Position numbers and translations under genes: made by a program. The notes beneath the pieces were generated by a model. The model saw only the letters and a list, made by a program, of their open reading frames with translations, was not told the origin of the DNA and made no database searches. Source: an uncultured Acidobacteriota bacterium (GTDB lineage Bacteria; Acidobacteriota; Blastocatellia; RBC074). Taken from it: 64,000 bases of DNA. Where the stretch lies: assembly GCA_963796275.1 (NCBI GenBank), contig CAWCKY010000006.1:160001-224000 (forward strand), read 5' to 3'. Of this stretch, positions 22,101-34,216 are shown piece after piece (the stretch's first letter is position 1; every line of letters starts with the position of its first letter).

Positions 22101-25100
22101 TGACGGGAATTTGGACCGTCGTCCTCGGACTTGATCGGGTAGGTGTCCATGACAACTTCTTCGAGTTGGGGGGGCATTCATTAGTTGCTATCCGGATTAT
22201 CTCCCGCGTTCGCGAAGCCTTTAAGGTGGAGCTAGCTCTGCGCGACCTGTTTGAAATACCTACTGTTGCCGGCCTGACCAAAAAGATCGAGACGCTGATG
22301 AGGGTCGATCAAGGTCTGCAGGCGCCTCCAATTGAGCGCGTTACACGGGACGGAAAGTTACCGCTTTCATTCGGCCAACAGCGGCTGTGGTTCCTCGACA
22401 AACTGGCGCAAGGTAGTTCTTTCTATAATGTTTCATCCCTATTCCGGGTAAATGGAAAATTGGATGTGGCAGCTATGGAGTGGAGTCTGAACGAGATCGT
22501 GCGGCGCCACGAAGTGCTGAGGACCACTTTTTCGAGCGTGGGCGGGCAACCGATTCAGGCCATCTCGCCGGCCGTGTCGCTGACGTTACCATTGATTGAT
22601 TTGACTGAGTTGTCGGAAGGCGATCGCGATGCAGAAGGGCGGCGGTTGACTGTTGAAAATACGAACCTCCCTTTTGATTTAGCTCGAGGCCCATTGTTCA
22701 GAGCTACCCTGCTACGTCTTGGAGCAGAGGATCACATATTTCTCTTTACCACGCATCACATTATCTTCGATGGCTGGTCCTCAGGAGTTCTCGTTCGGGA
22801 GTTTTCAACCCTCTACAAGGTTTTTACCGAAGGGAGTTCTTCACCGCTTCCTGATTTGCCGCTTCAGTATGCCGATTTTGCCCATTGGCAGCGCCACTGG
22901 GTGCAGGGCGAGGTTTTAGAAAATCTATTGTCGTACTGGAAAACGCAATTAAGTGGAAGCACACCCGTTTTGGAATTGCCGACGGATCGGCCTCGACCGG
23001 CATTTCAAACTTTTCGAGGCGCCACGCAACCGATAAATCTTCCCAAGGGATTGAGCGAGTCATTAAAAGAGCTGAGTCGTTGTGAGGGCGCGACCTTGTT
23101 CATGACGCTGCTGGCGGCTTTCCAGACCTTACTACATCGTTACAGTGGTCAGAACGATATCCTGGTGGGTTCTCCCATTGCCGGCCGCACCCAAGCGCCG
23201 ATTGAGGATCTCATCGGGTTTTTTGTGAATACCTTGGTATTACGTACTGACTTCTCCGGCGATCCGACATTTCAAGAAATGTTGGGAGAGGTACGCAAGG
23301 TAACGCTTGAGGCGTATGCCCATCAGGATTTGCCTTTTGAACAGTTGGTGGACGCCTTGCAACCCGACCGGGCTTTGAGCCATTCACCTTTATTTCAAGT
23401 CATGTTCGTTCTCCAGAACACGACGCGTCAGACATTAGAGTTGCCGGGTTTGACTTTGAGTAGTTTGCAGACAGAAGGAAGAACCGCGAAGTTTGATTTG
23501 ACCTTGTACTTGACCGACACCGAGCGAGGATTAAGCGGAATTCTGGAATACAACACCGACCTGTTTGACCCGGCCACGGCCACTCAGATGGAGAGACATT
23601 TCCAAACCTTGCTGGCCCACATCATTGCTGACCCGCAGCAGCGGATTTCAAACTTGACGCTGATGGCGGAACCAGAACAGCGGCAATTGATCGTCGAGTG
23701 GAATGACACCGAAAGCGATTACCCACTGGATCAGTGCATCCATCAATTGTTTGAAGCTCAGGTGGCGCGAACGCCTGAGGCCATTGCGGCAGTATTTGAG
23801 GATGAGCAATTAACCTATAACGAACTGAGCCAACGTGCCAATCAATTGGCGCGTCACCTGCAGAAGCTTGGGGTGGGGCCCGCGGCCCTCGTCGGAATTT
23901 GCGTGGAGCGCAGCCCGGAGATGCTGATAGGGCTTTTGGGGATTCTCAAAGCCGGAGGCGCTTACGTGCCTCTCGACCCGGCGTATCCGAAGGAGCGCTT
24001 AGCCTTCATGTTGCAGGATACTCAGGCACCGGTTTTGTTGACGAACCACCGGCTGGTTGAAAGGATGATCGAGGATCGAGGATCGAAGGTCGAGGGTAGT
24101 GATTCTCAATCATCGAATATCACGTCCATCCTCGATCATAGTTGCCAGGTGGTCTGCTTGGACAACGATTGGCAGACGATCTCACAAAATAGCCGGCAAA
24201 ACCTGGTCTGTGAGGTGAGGGCTGACAACCTGGCATACGTCATATATACGTCTGGCTCGACAGGTAAGCCCAAAGGGGTTCAAATTCCCCATCGTGCCGT
24301 GGCCAACTTCCTGGAATCCATGCGCAAGCAGCCTGGGCTGACAGCCATGGATACACTTCTTTCCGTCACCACCTTATCCTTCGATATTGCCGCGCTCGAG
24401 CTTTTCTTACCTATTACCGTGGGCGCTCGTGTGGTTGTGGTCAGTCGCGAAGTCGCCGCTGATGGAGACCGATTGAAGGAACTGATCGCTTCTGGTGTTA
24501 CGGTCATGCAAGCGACTCCGGCTACCTGGAGACTGCTTCTGGAAGCCGATTGGCAGGGCAGCAAACGACTGAAAATACTCTGCGGCGGAGAAGCGCTTTC
24601 GCGAGAATTGGCGGATCACTTGTTAGAGATGGGTCTTTCTCTGTGGAATTTATATGGCCCTACGGAAACCACCATCTGGTCCGCTGTTAATGAAGTCGGA
24701 CCCGGTCATGGCCTTGTCTCTATCGGACGTCCGATCCCCAACACGCAGATTTATATATTAGATCGCCATTTGCAGCCTCTACCAATCGGTGTGCCCGGCG
24801 AACTACACATTGGCGGCGACGGCCTTTCTGAAGGCTATCTCAAACGACCCGAGCTGACGGCCGAGAAGTTCGTCCCGAATCCTTATAGCCGCGAGCCGGG
24901 GGCGCGCCTGTATAAGACCGGAGATATGGCCCGCTTTCTCTCCAATGCCGATATCGAAGTCCTTGGCCGTATCGACCATCAGGTGAAGATTCGAGGCTTT
25001 CGCATTGAATTGGGAGAGATAGAAGCCACGCTAAGCCAACACCCGGCTGTTCAGCATGTTGTCGTCCTGGCTCAGGAGGATAAGCCTGGCGACTTGGCAT

Positions 25101-28100
25101 CCCATCCGGGTGGGATCGGAGCAAGCAAGCGCCTGGTGGCCTATGTCGTTCCAAATCAGGAATCAGTGCCCACTCCTGGTGAGTTGCGTAGCTTTCTTAA
25201 GGAAAAGCTGCCCGAGTACATGACCCCCTCGGCCTTTTTGATATTGGAGAAGTTGCCTTTGACACCCAACGGCAAGGTAGATCGGCATGCGCTACCTAAG
25301 GACGACGGAATCATATCGGACCAGAAAGGTTTAATAGCGCCGCGCAGCCCGGTGGAAGAGATGCTGGCAGAAATTTGGACGGAGGTACTTGGGCTTGAGC
25401 AGTTCAGCGTTCACGATAATTTTTTCGAGCTAGGAGGGCATTCCTTGCTGGCAACTCGAAGTGATCTCCCGGCTGCGCGATACTTTCCAAGTCGATTTGC
25501 CTGTACGCCGAATTTTTGAAGCCTCTACCATAGCCGGGCTGGCCGAGCGCATTGAAATGGTCTTGCGCGCAGGTGAGGATTCGCAGAATTCACCGATTGA
25601 GCGCGTTTCAAGAGACCAGGATTTGCCCTTATCCTTTGCCCAACAGCGCTTGTGGTTTATCGATCAGTTAGACCGCGGCAATCCCGCATATAATTTTCCC
25701 ATTGCCGTTCGCCTGACGGGCTCACTCAACGTGGCGGCGCTAGAACGAAGCCTTAATGAAATCGTGAGGCGTCATGAAGCGCTACGCACGATCTATAGTG
25801 AGCTCAAGGGCCAACCGGTCCAGATTATCGCTACCATTCTAACCCTGCCTCTACCGGTGCTGGATCTCAGGGCGTTGTCTGAGAGCAACCGAGAGGCGCA
25901 AGCCATGCGGTTGGCAGTGGAAGAGAGCAGGCGGCCTTTTAACCTCGCCCAAGGCCCATTGTTACGCGTTGGCTTATTGAAATTGGACGACGAGGAGCAC
26001 GTGCTGTTGCTGACTGTGCATCATATCGTCACTGACGGTTGGTCCATGGGGGTGCTCTTCCGGGAAATCGCAACGCTTTATGAAGCCTACGCAACTGGAA
26101 TCCCCTCCCGATTGCCTGAGCTTCTGATTCAGTATGCGGACTTTGCTCATTGGCAACGGCAATGGCTCCAGGACGAAGTTTTGCAGACGCAGCTTTCCTA
26201 CTGGAAGCAACAACTCAAAGGCATCCCTGCCATCTTAGAGCTGCCTACAGACTATCCGCGCCCAGCAGTTCGAACTTTCCGAGGCGCGCGTCAAGCACTG
26301 GCGCTGCCCAAGGCACTTTCCGAGGCGCTTAAAAGTTTGAGCCGCCAGGAAGGCGTTACTCTATTCATGACTCTGATGGCAGCATTCCAGACCTTGCTGT
26401 ACCGTTATACGGAACAAGAAGACATCCTCGTAGGCACGCCAATCGCCAATCGCAATCGGACCGAGATAGAAGGCCTTATTGGGTTCTTCGTCAATACCTT
26501 ACTCCTACGCGCTCATTTTTTCAGCAATCTGAATTTCCAGGAATTGTTGGCTCAGGTCCGCGAAACGGCGCTGGGAGCCTATGCTCATCAAGACCTGCCT
26601 TTCGAAAAGTTGGTGGAGGAGCTGGACCCGCAACGGGATTTAAGCAGCACACCACTGTTTCAGGTGATGTTCGTTCTTCAGAATGCTCCGCGGGAAGCGT
26701 TGGATGTACCCGGTTTAAAGTTGAGCATGCTGCCGTTTGATAATGAGCTGGCAAAATTTGACTTGACGCTATCGCTGGTCGATCGATCGGACGGATTGAC
26801 CGGGTCGTTTGAGTATAATGCCGATCTTTTCGACGCCACCACCATCAGCCGGATGATCGAGCATTTCCAGACTTTGCTGGAGGGAGTTGTCGCGGACCCG
26901 AAACGGCGAATCTCCGACGCCCCACTATTAACGGCGCGGGAGTTATCGCAAGAACTCGTCGAATGGAATAGCGCCCCGGCCGAATGTACCGAGAGTCAAT
27001 GCGTCCACCAGCGGTTTGCCGAAGTGGCGGGAGCGAATCCGCAGGCCACCGCCCTGGTTTACGAAGAGGAACAGCTCACATACGACCGGCTGAACGAGCG
27101 GGCCAATCAGCTGGCTCATTACCTGATGAAACGTGGAATCGGCCCGGACGTATTGGTCGGCATCTGCATGGAGCGCTCAATCGATATGGCGGTGAGCTTG
27201 CTGGGAATCCTCAAAGCGGGTGGGGCATTTCTACCGCTGGACCCGGCATATCCGAGCGAACGTCTGGCATACATGATCAAAGATAGCGAGGCGAAGGTGA
27301 TCCTGACGCGAGGAACGAGTGAAGGACGAATATGGGAAAGAGAGGAGGAAATGATCCGGCTGGAGAGTGAATGGGAAATGATCGGGCGGGAAAGCACAGC
27401 CAATCCGGAGGCGGGGGCGACGCCCGAGAATCTGGCGTATGTGATCTATACCTCGGGGTCGACGGGCCAACCCAAGGGGACGATGCTCCATCATCGAGGC
27501 CTGCGCAATCTGATCGAGGGGCAAAGGCGAGGGTTCAATCCGGGAGCGAGCGATCGAATCCTGCAATTCTCATCGCTGAGCTTCGACGCGGCGGTATGGG
27601 AAGTGGTGATGGCGCTGATGGCGGGAGGAAGCCTGGTATTGCCGAGGCGGGAATCGCTGGCAACGGGTCAGGGACTGGTGGGGACGATGAGGGAGCAAGG
27701 GATCACGATAGTGACGTTGCCGCCGTCAATGCTGGGAGTGATGCCGGAGGAGGGGCTGCCGGAGTTACACACGATCATCACGGCGGGAGAGAAATGTCCT
27801 GGGGCATTGGCCGGGATTTGGGGGAAGGGGCGGCGATTCTTGAACGCCTACGGCCCGACGGAGACGACGGTATGCGCGTCAATATATGAGCTGGGGGAGA
27901 AGGATGTGATAGGGAGAGAGGGGAGAGGAGCTAACCCCGAAAACCCGCCGATCGGGCGGCCGATCACGAATTTCCAGATATATGTACTGGACGGGCAAAT
28001 GAGACCGGCGGCGGTGGGAATAGCTGGGGAGTTGTATATCGGGGGAGTAGGGCTGGGGCGCGGGTATCTGAACCGGCCGGAGCAGACGGCCGAGAGGTTC

Positions 28101-28922
28101 ATCCCGCATCCGTTCAGTGAGGAAGTGGGGGCGCGATTGTACAAGAGCGGGGATTTGGTGCGACGGCTGAGTGACGGGAATGTGGAATATGTGGGGCGAA
28201 TCGATCATCAGGTAAAAGTTCGAGGATTTCGCATCGAGTTGGGAGAGATCGAAGCGGTGCTGAGAGGGCGGGAGGAAATACGTGAAGTGGTTGTGATGGC
28301 GAGGGAAGATGCGCCGGGAGAACGGCGACTGGTGGCGTATCTGGCGGTGGGACCTGGGCAATCTCCCCCGATAAACGAACTGCGAAACCTGCTGCGGGAA
28401 CGATTACCAGACTATATGGTGCCGTCGGCATTCGTCACCCTGCAATCTTTCCCCTTAACCCCCAGCGGTAAAGTGGATCGCAGTGCGCTTCCGAAACCGG
28501 AATACACCCGATCGGATTTGGGCGTTGAATTCGCCTCACCACGCACACCGATGGAAGAGCAGGTGGCCGAGATTTGGACTCAGCTTCTTGGCGTTGATCG
28601 GGTCGGAATCTATGACAACTTTTTTGAATTGGGCGGTCATTCGTTGTTGGCCACCAAAGTTGTTTCCCGCGTTCGCGAGACCTTTGAAGTCGAGTTGCCC
28701 GTGCGCAGCCTTTTTGAGACGCCGAGGATGGTGGATTTGACGACAACGATATCGCAACTGCAACTCGCCACGGGAACAGACGGCTCGCGAATAGAAAGAT
28801 CAGAACGGGGAGAGAAAAACATCGAGGAGCTTGTCGCCGAATTGGCCCATCTATCGGATGACGATGTGCAGGCTATGCTTGCTGAGGAAATGAATTTAGC
28901 CGGAGAAATCTATAATGACTGA
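19145..28922 (+). CDS. NRPS3: C(D-donor type) - A(Ile) - T - C - A(Gly) - T - C - A(Phe) - T (+1 frameshift at ~25460)
   Basis: ORFs 19145..25519 and 25461..28922 join inside a T domain (GGHSLLAT-R-V-ISR). First C begins IEDTYPLSPLQEG with HHILLDGWS, typical after an E domain. Codes read DAFFLGVTFK, DILQLGLIWK and DAWTIAAVCK. Confidence 0.9.
20637..21765 (+). repeat. Near-identical direct repeat (Ile A domain), copy 1; copy 2 at 30479..31607; more diverged partial copy at ~60660..61215
   Basis: Constant offset 9842 with scattered substitutions; 30301 onward also aligns with 60481 onward at offset 30180. Confidence 0.93.
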
Positions 28923-31900
28923 TATCGCCAGGACAATCTCTTCTCTGTCTCCGGAGAAACGGGCGCTGCTGGCGCTCAAACTCAAGGAGCGAGGCAGCCA
29001 GTTCAATACGTTTCCTCTCTCATTCGCCCAGCAGCGGTTGTGGTTCCTCGACCAGTTGACGCCCGGAAGCCCTGTTTACAACATTCACGCCGCGGTACGG
29101 CTCACCGGCAGCCTCGACTCGTGGGCTCTGGAGCGATGCTTTGACGAGATCGTCCGCCGCCACGAAGCTCTGCGGACCACATTTACCATCGTGGATGGAA
29201 ATCCAGCGCAAATTGTAGGAAGGCATCGACCAGTCAGACTGAGGCTGGTGGATTTGAGCGAACTGCCGCCTGATGAAAGCGAGGCGCAAGCTACACAACT
29301 GATCGCTGAGGAGAGCCAGTGGCCCTTCGATCTTACATCCGGCCCGCTTCTGCGAGTGACGTTGTACCGGATGAGCGAGGTGGATCATGTTCTGCTCTTT
29401 GGCGTCCATCACATTATCTCCGACGGATGGTCTACAGGCGTACTGATCCGGGAGGTGGCGGCTTTGTATAGCGCTTTTTTACTTGGCAAACCCTCGCCGC
29501 TCGGCGAACTGCCGATTCAGTACGCCGATTATGCCCGGTGGCAGCGCAAACATTTGCAAGGCGAGAGGATCGATTCGCTGCTCGATTATTGGAAGCGTCG
29601 CCTGGAAGGATACTCGCAGGTGTTGGATCTGCCGACCGATCGGCCTCGCCCGGCTGTGGCTTCTTTCCGGGGAGCGCATCGGTCGATAGCGCTGTCCAGG
29701 AAGCTTTCAGATGCGGTCAAAGCTCTGGGTCTGCAAGAAAAAGCCACGCCATTTATGACGCTCCTGGCGGCCTTACAAACGCTGCTCTATCGCTACACCG
29801 GACAGGAGGATATTTGCGTCGGGTCGCCCATCGCCGGCCGCAATCGAGGAGAGACCGAAGGACTGATCGGATTTTTTGTCAACACGCTGGTCATTCGCAC
29901 CGATCTGGGCGGCGATCCGAGTTTCTGCGATCTGTTGGGGCGAGTGCGTGAGAGCGCTTTAGGCGCTTACGCGCATCAGGAACTGCCTTTTGAGACGCTG
30001 GTGGAGAAGATCCAGCCGGAACGAAGCATGAGCCACACTCCAATCTTCCAGGTGGCTTTCGCTTATCAAAACGTGTTTACGGAAGCGTTAGAACTGCCGG
30101 GGCTGACGCTACGCCGCGTGGAACTGGAGCATCGGACGACGAAGTTCGATCTGACTGTGGCCGTGACTGAAACGCCGGATGGGTTGAACGTTTCAGTCGA
30201 GTACAACACCGATCTACTCAACGACGATACCATCGCCCGTCTGCTCGAACATTATCGAATTCTGTTGGAAGACGCCGTCGCATATCCGGATCGTCGTATT
30301 TCAGATTTGCCCCTCCTGAATGAGGCGGAGCAACGCCTGCTCTTGTCCACGTGGAATGATACGAGGACGGAGTATCCGCGCGACAAATGCGTGCATGAGT
30401 TGTTCGAGGCGCAGGTGGAGAGATGCCCCGACACGATTGCGTTGGTGGTCGAGGAGGAGCAGCTTACCTACCGGGAGTTGAACCGCCGGGCCAATCAACT
30501 CGCCGCTTACCTCGGAAATCTGGGAGTCGGGCCGGAAACGCCGGTGAGCTTTTGCCTGGAGCGTTCCCCGGAGATGGTCGTCGGGATTCTCGGCATCTTG
30601 AAGGCCGGCGGAACCTATGTGCCGTTAGACCCGGCATATCCCAAAGAGCGCCTGGCCTTCATGCTCGAGGATACCCGGACGCCGGTGATCCTGGTTCAGC
30701 AAAAGCTGATCGAGCGCCTGCCGGAGCATCAGGCTCGTGTCGTTCGAATAGACGCAGACTGGGAATTGATGGCACGGGAGAGCGAGGCGAACCGGGCGAG
30801 CGGGGCGACAGCCGGTCATCTGGCCTACGTTATGTACACCTCGGGCTCGACCGGCAAGCCGAAAGGGATCGCCATCCCGCACCGGGCCATCAACCGGCTG
30901 GTCTTCAATACCAACTACATCGAGATGACGTCCGAGGACCGGATGGCATTGGCGTCGAATTCCGCCTTCGACGCGGCGACCTTCGAGTTGTGGGGCGCGC
31001 TGCTGCACGGGGCGCGGCTGGCGGGGATCAGCAGAGATGTGGCGTTGTCGCCCGCCGATCTGGCGACGGAGATTCGCGCGCAGGGGATCAGCGCGATGTT
31101 TTTGACCACGGCTCTGTTCAATCAAATGGCGCGCGAAGTCCCGGCGGCGTTCGGGTCGGTGAGGAGCGTGTTGTTCGGCGGCGAAGCGGTAGACCTCAAT
31201 TTGGTGAAAGAGGTTCTGAAGCATAACCCTCCGGCACGATTGCTACATGTCTATGGGCCGACCGAGAGCACAACCTTCACCACCTGGTATCCGGTGCAAG
31301 GGCTGCCGGAAGGGGCCGTAACCGCGCCGATTGGCCGCCCGCTGGCCAACACGCAGGTCTACTTGCTGGATGGTAGTTTACAACCCGCGCCGGTGGGCGT
31401 CGGGGGCGAGTTATACATCGGCGGCGATGGACTGGCGTGGGGATATTTCATGCGGCCGGAGCTGACGGCTGAGAAGTTCATTCCGAATCCGTTCAGCCAG
31501 GAACCGGGAGCGCGGCTCTATCGGACTGGAGACCTGGCGCGTTACTGGCCGGATGGCGCCATCGAGTTCCTGGGGCGGCTCGACCAACAGGTGAAGATTC
31601 GCGGCTTTCGCATCGAATTGACGGAGATCGAAGCGGTATTGGCTCAACACCCGACCGTCCGGGAAGCCGCCGTGTTGGCTCGCGAGGACGTGGCCGGCGA
31701 GAAACGACTGGTGGCGTACGTCGCGCTCGATCCTATCGAGAGGGGTGCCGCGCCAACCGGCATAGAACTGAGAAGCTACTTACGGCAAAAGCTACCTGAG
31801 TATATGACACCTTCCGTCTTCGTCGAGTTGGACGCCCTGCCGCTGACGCCAAACGGGAAGGTGGATCGCCGGGCGCTGCCCGCACCCGACCCGGCTAACA

Positions 31901-33654
31901 TGGCGCGACCCGAGTTGGCGGGAGTCTATGTCGCGCCTCGAACCCTGGTCGAAGAGACGCTGGCCGGAATCTGGTCGAAGGTTGTGGGCGTCGCTCAAGT
32001 AGGGGCCCACGACAGCTTCTTCGATCTGGGCGGACATTCGTTGCTGGCCACGCAGGCAATCTCACGCGTGCGCGAGGCGTTCGGGTTAGAACTGCCACTG
32101 CGAAGCCTCTTTGAGGCGCCGACGGTCGCCGGGTTGGCGGAGAGCGTCGAGGCGGCGATGCGCGCCGCACAAGGGCTTCAAGCCCCTCCCATTGTGGCTG
32201 TTTCGCGGGACGGGCGCCTGCCACTCTCTTTTGCACAACAACGGCTTTGGTTCATGGACCAGTTGGAACCGGGCAACCCCGCTTACAACATACCCAGCGC
32301 CATTCGCCTGAGCGGGGAACTGGACATCACAGCGCTGGAGCAGAGCCTGAACGAAATCGTTCGCCGACACGAGAGCCTGCGGACGACTTTTGTAACGGCC
32401 GACGGGCAACCGGCGCAGATCATCACCCAGTATTCGCCACGGACCTTGCCACTGCTCGATCTCAGTGAACTCTCCGAGACCGAGCGAGGAGCGCAGGTCG
32501 GCAAGCTGGTCGCCGAAGAGGCTCTGCGACCGTTCGATCTGTCGCGCGGCTCATTGTTCCGCATCTACCTGCTCAAGTTGGATGAAACGGAGCACATCGC
32601 GCTATTTTCAATGCATCACATCATCAGCGATGAATGGTCCCTGGGAGTACTGGCGCGTGAGTTGGCGGCGCTTTATGCGGCCTTTCGTCATGGCCAGCCC
32701 TCGCCGCTCACGGAACCACCCATTCAGTATGCCGATTTCGCCCATTGGCAGCGAGAATGGCTTCAGGGGGAGGCGCTTGAAGCTCAGCTTGGATACTGGC
32801 GGGAGCGGCTTGGCGGTAAGCTCCCGGTGCTTCAACTACCGTTCGATCATCTGCGTCCGGCGGCGCCGTCCTATCGCGGCGCCACCCGTTCATTCGCCCT
32901 GTCTCCCGCAGTATCCGCCTCGCTCAAGGCCCTGAGCCGCGAGGAAGGCGCCACGCTGTTTATGACGCTGCTGGCGGCCTTGCAAACCATGTTGCATCGC
33001 ATTACCGGCCAGGATGACATCGTCGTGGGCACGGACGTGGCCAATCGCAACCGGCTGGAGACCGAGGGGCTGATCGGGTTCTTCGTCAATCATCTGGTCC
33101 TGCGGTCCGACCTGAGCGGCAATCCGGGGTTTCGCAGGCTGCTGAGGCAAGCCCGTGAAGTGACATTGGGAGCTTACGCTCATCAGGATTTGCCTTTCGA
33201 CAAGCTGGTGAGCGCTTTGCGCATGGAACGGAATCCTGGCCAGACGCCGTTATTCCAGGTCTTGTTCGTCTTCGGCAACCCGGCGCTGCCCACCTTGGAG
33301 CTCCCAGGGTTGACGTTGAGTCCCTTGCGATCCGATCTGATCTTATCGAAATACGATCTGACGCTGTTTATGAGCGATAAGGGACAGAGCATCGGTGGCC
33401 TCTGGCGATACAGCTCCGAGCTGTTCGAGGCCGCCGCCATTGCGCGAATAGGCCGTCACTTTGAGACTCTGTTGGGAAGTATCGCCGCCAATCCCGATGT
33501 CCGGCTTGATAGCCTGGAGATGCTCACCGAAGCGGAAAGGCAGCGACAGGATGGCGAGGAGAGGGAGCGGCGGGAGGATAGGGCCAGGAAGTTGAGAAGC
33601 GTCCGCCGGGAATCCGTTGATCTCGGGGACGCCGGTTCAGCGCCGAGCGCGTAA
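28915..33654 (+). CDS. NRPS4: C - A(Ile) - T - C(terminal)
   Basis: 1579-aa ORF; N-terminal LSPEKRALL docking helix; HHIISDGWS; code DAFFLGVTFK; GGHSL; final C domain HHIISDEWS with a basic tail. Confidence 0.93.
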   Translation: MTDIARTISSLSPEKRALLALKLKERGSQFNTFPLSFAQQRLWFLDQLTPGSPVYNIHAAVRLTGSLDSWALERCFDEIVRRHEALRTTFTIVDGNPAQIVGRHRPVRLRLVDLSELPPDESEAQATQLIAEESQWPFDLTSGPLLRVTLYRMSEVDHVLLFGVHHIISDGWSTGVLIREVAALYSAFLLGKPSPLGELPIQYADYARWQRKHLQGERIDSLLDYWKRRLEGYSQVLDLPTDRPRPAVASFRGAHRSIALSRKLSDAVKALGLQEKATPFMTLLAALQTLLYRYTGQEDICVGSPIAGRNRGETEGLIGFFVNTLVIRTDLGGDPSFCDLLGRVRESALGAYAHQELPFETLVEKIQPERSMSHTPIFQVAFAYQNVFTEALELPGLTLRRVELEHRTTKFDLTVAVTETPDGLNVSVEYNTDLLNDDTIARLLEHYRILLEDAVAYPDRRISDLPLLNEAEQRLLLSTWNDTRTEYPRDKCVHELFEAQVERCPDTIALVVEEEQLTYRELNRRANQLAAYLGNLGVGPETPVSFCLERSPEMVVGILGILKAGGTYVPLDPAYPKERLAFMLEDTRTPVILVQQKLIERLPEHQARVVRIDADWELMARESEANRASGATAGHLAYVMYTSGSTGKPKGIAIPHRAINRLVFNTNYIEMTSEDRMALASNSAFDAATFELWGALLHGARLAGISRDVALSPADLATEIRAQGISAMFLTTALFNQMAREVPAAFGSVRSVLFGGEAVDLNLVKEVLKHNPPARLLHVYGPTESTTFTTWYPVQGLPEGAVTAPIGRPLANTQVYLLDGSLQPAPVGVGGELYIGGDGLAWGYFMRPELTAEKFIPNPFSQEPGARLYRTGDLARYWPDGAIEFLGRLDQQVKIRGFRIELTEIEAVLAQHPTVREAAVLAREDVAGEKRLVAYVALDPIERGAAPTGIELRSYLRQKLPEYMTPSVFVELDALPLTPNGKVDRRALPAPDPANMARPELAGVYVAPRTLVEETLAGIWSKVVGVAQVGAHDSFFDLGGHSLLATQAISRVREAFGLELPLRSLFEAPTVAGLAESVEAAMRAAQGLQAPPIVAVSRDGRLPLSFAQQRLWFMDQLEPGNPAYNIPSAIRLSGELDITALEQSLNEIVRRHESLRTTFVTADGQPAQIITQYSPRTLPLLDLSELSETERGAQVGKLVAEEALRPFDLSRGSLFRIYLLKLDETEHIALFSMHHIISDEWSLGVLARELAALYAAFRHGQPSPLTEPPIQYADFAHWQREWLQGEALEAQLGYWRERLGGKLPVLQLPFDHLRPAAPSYRGATRSFALSPAVSASLKALSREEGATLFMTLLAALQTMLHRITGQDDIVVGTDVANRNRLETEGLIGFFVNHLVLRSDLSGNPGFRRLLRQAREVTLGAYAHQDLPFDKLVSALRMERNPGQTPLFQVLFVFGNPALPTLELPGLTLSPLRSDLILSKYDLTLFMSDKGQSIGGLWRYSSELFEAAAIARIGRHFETLLGSIAANPDVRLDSLEMLTEAERQRQDGEERERREDRARKLRSVRRESVDLGDAGSAPSA
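30479..31607 (+). repeat. Near-identical direct repeat (Ile A domain), copy 2
   Basis: Matches 20637..21765. Confidence 0.93.
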
Positions 33655-34180
33655 GCAAGCGGTGCTTGCGTGCTCAACTGCTCGCTGTCGCGCTCGGCGC
33701 CGTCGGTGAACTATGAAATGAGAAAGGGAGAGCATTTTCCATTTATCATATGAGATTTGCTGGTTACATCGGATTTTGTGGGTGACTTGAAATATGAAGC
33801 CTAGCGCTGCAAAGGTAGCCAGATAAAAGCCAGGGGTGAAAACCCTGGGAAAATTTCGGTGTTCTTCGACCACTGTAAGGGCGAAAACGGGTTCTCCCGC
33901 CCTTACAGGCTCGCATCGATTATGACATGTTTCCAGGGGCACCCCTGGCTATTATCTGGCTCACCTTCAGCGCTCCCAAATGAAACACCCACAAAATCCG
34001 CTGCGGCCAGGAGATTTGAGATTGCCCGCAGCCATCTCGGCCAATGCCCGATGAACATTGATCAACATCTCTCTTTTCAACACTAAAGGTCAAAGGCACA
34101 AAAGGTCAAAGAAAAATCGGGAAGGGAATGACTAACGACCTTTCTGAGACGTTGACCCTTTGAAACTTTGACCCCTTTGT
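33638..34180. repeat. Cluster of REP-like palindromes between NRPS4 and NRPS5
   Basis: Imperfect hairpin 33638..33701 (GCGCCGAGCGCG..CGCGCTCGGCGC); nested hairpin 33803..33974 (AGCCAGATAAAAGCCAGGGGTG / CACCCCTGGCTATTATCTGGCT with inner CTGTAAGGGCG / CGCCCTTACAG); AAAGGTCAAA / TTTGACCC short inverted repeats at ~34085..34180. Confidence 0.75.
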
Positions 34181-34216
34181 ATTTGAGCTCGATTTTTTCA
34201 TGCGCCAAAACGAAAT

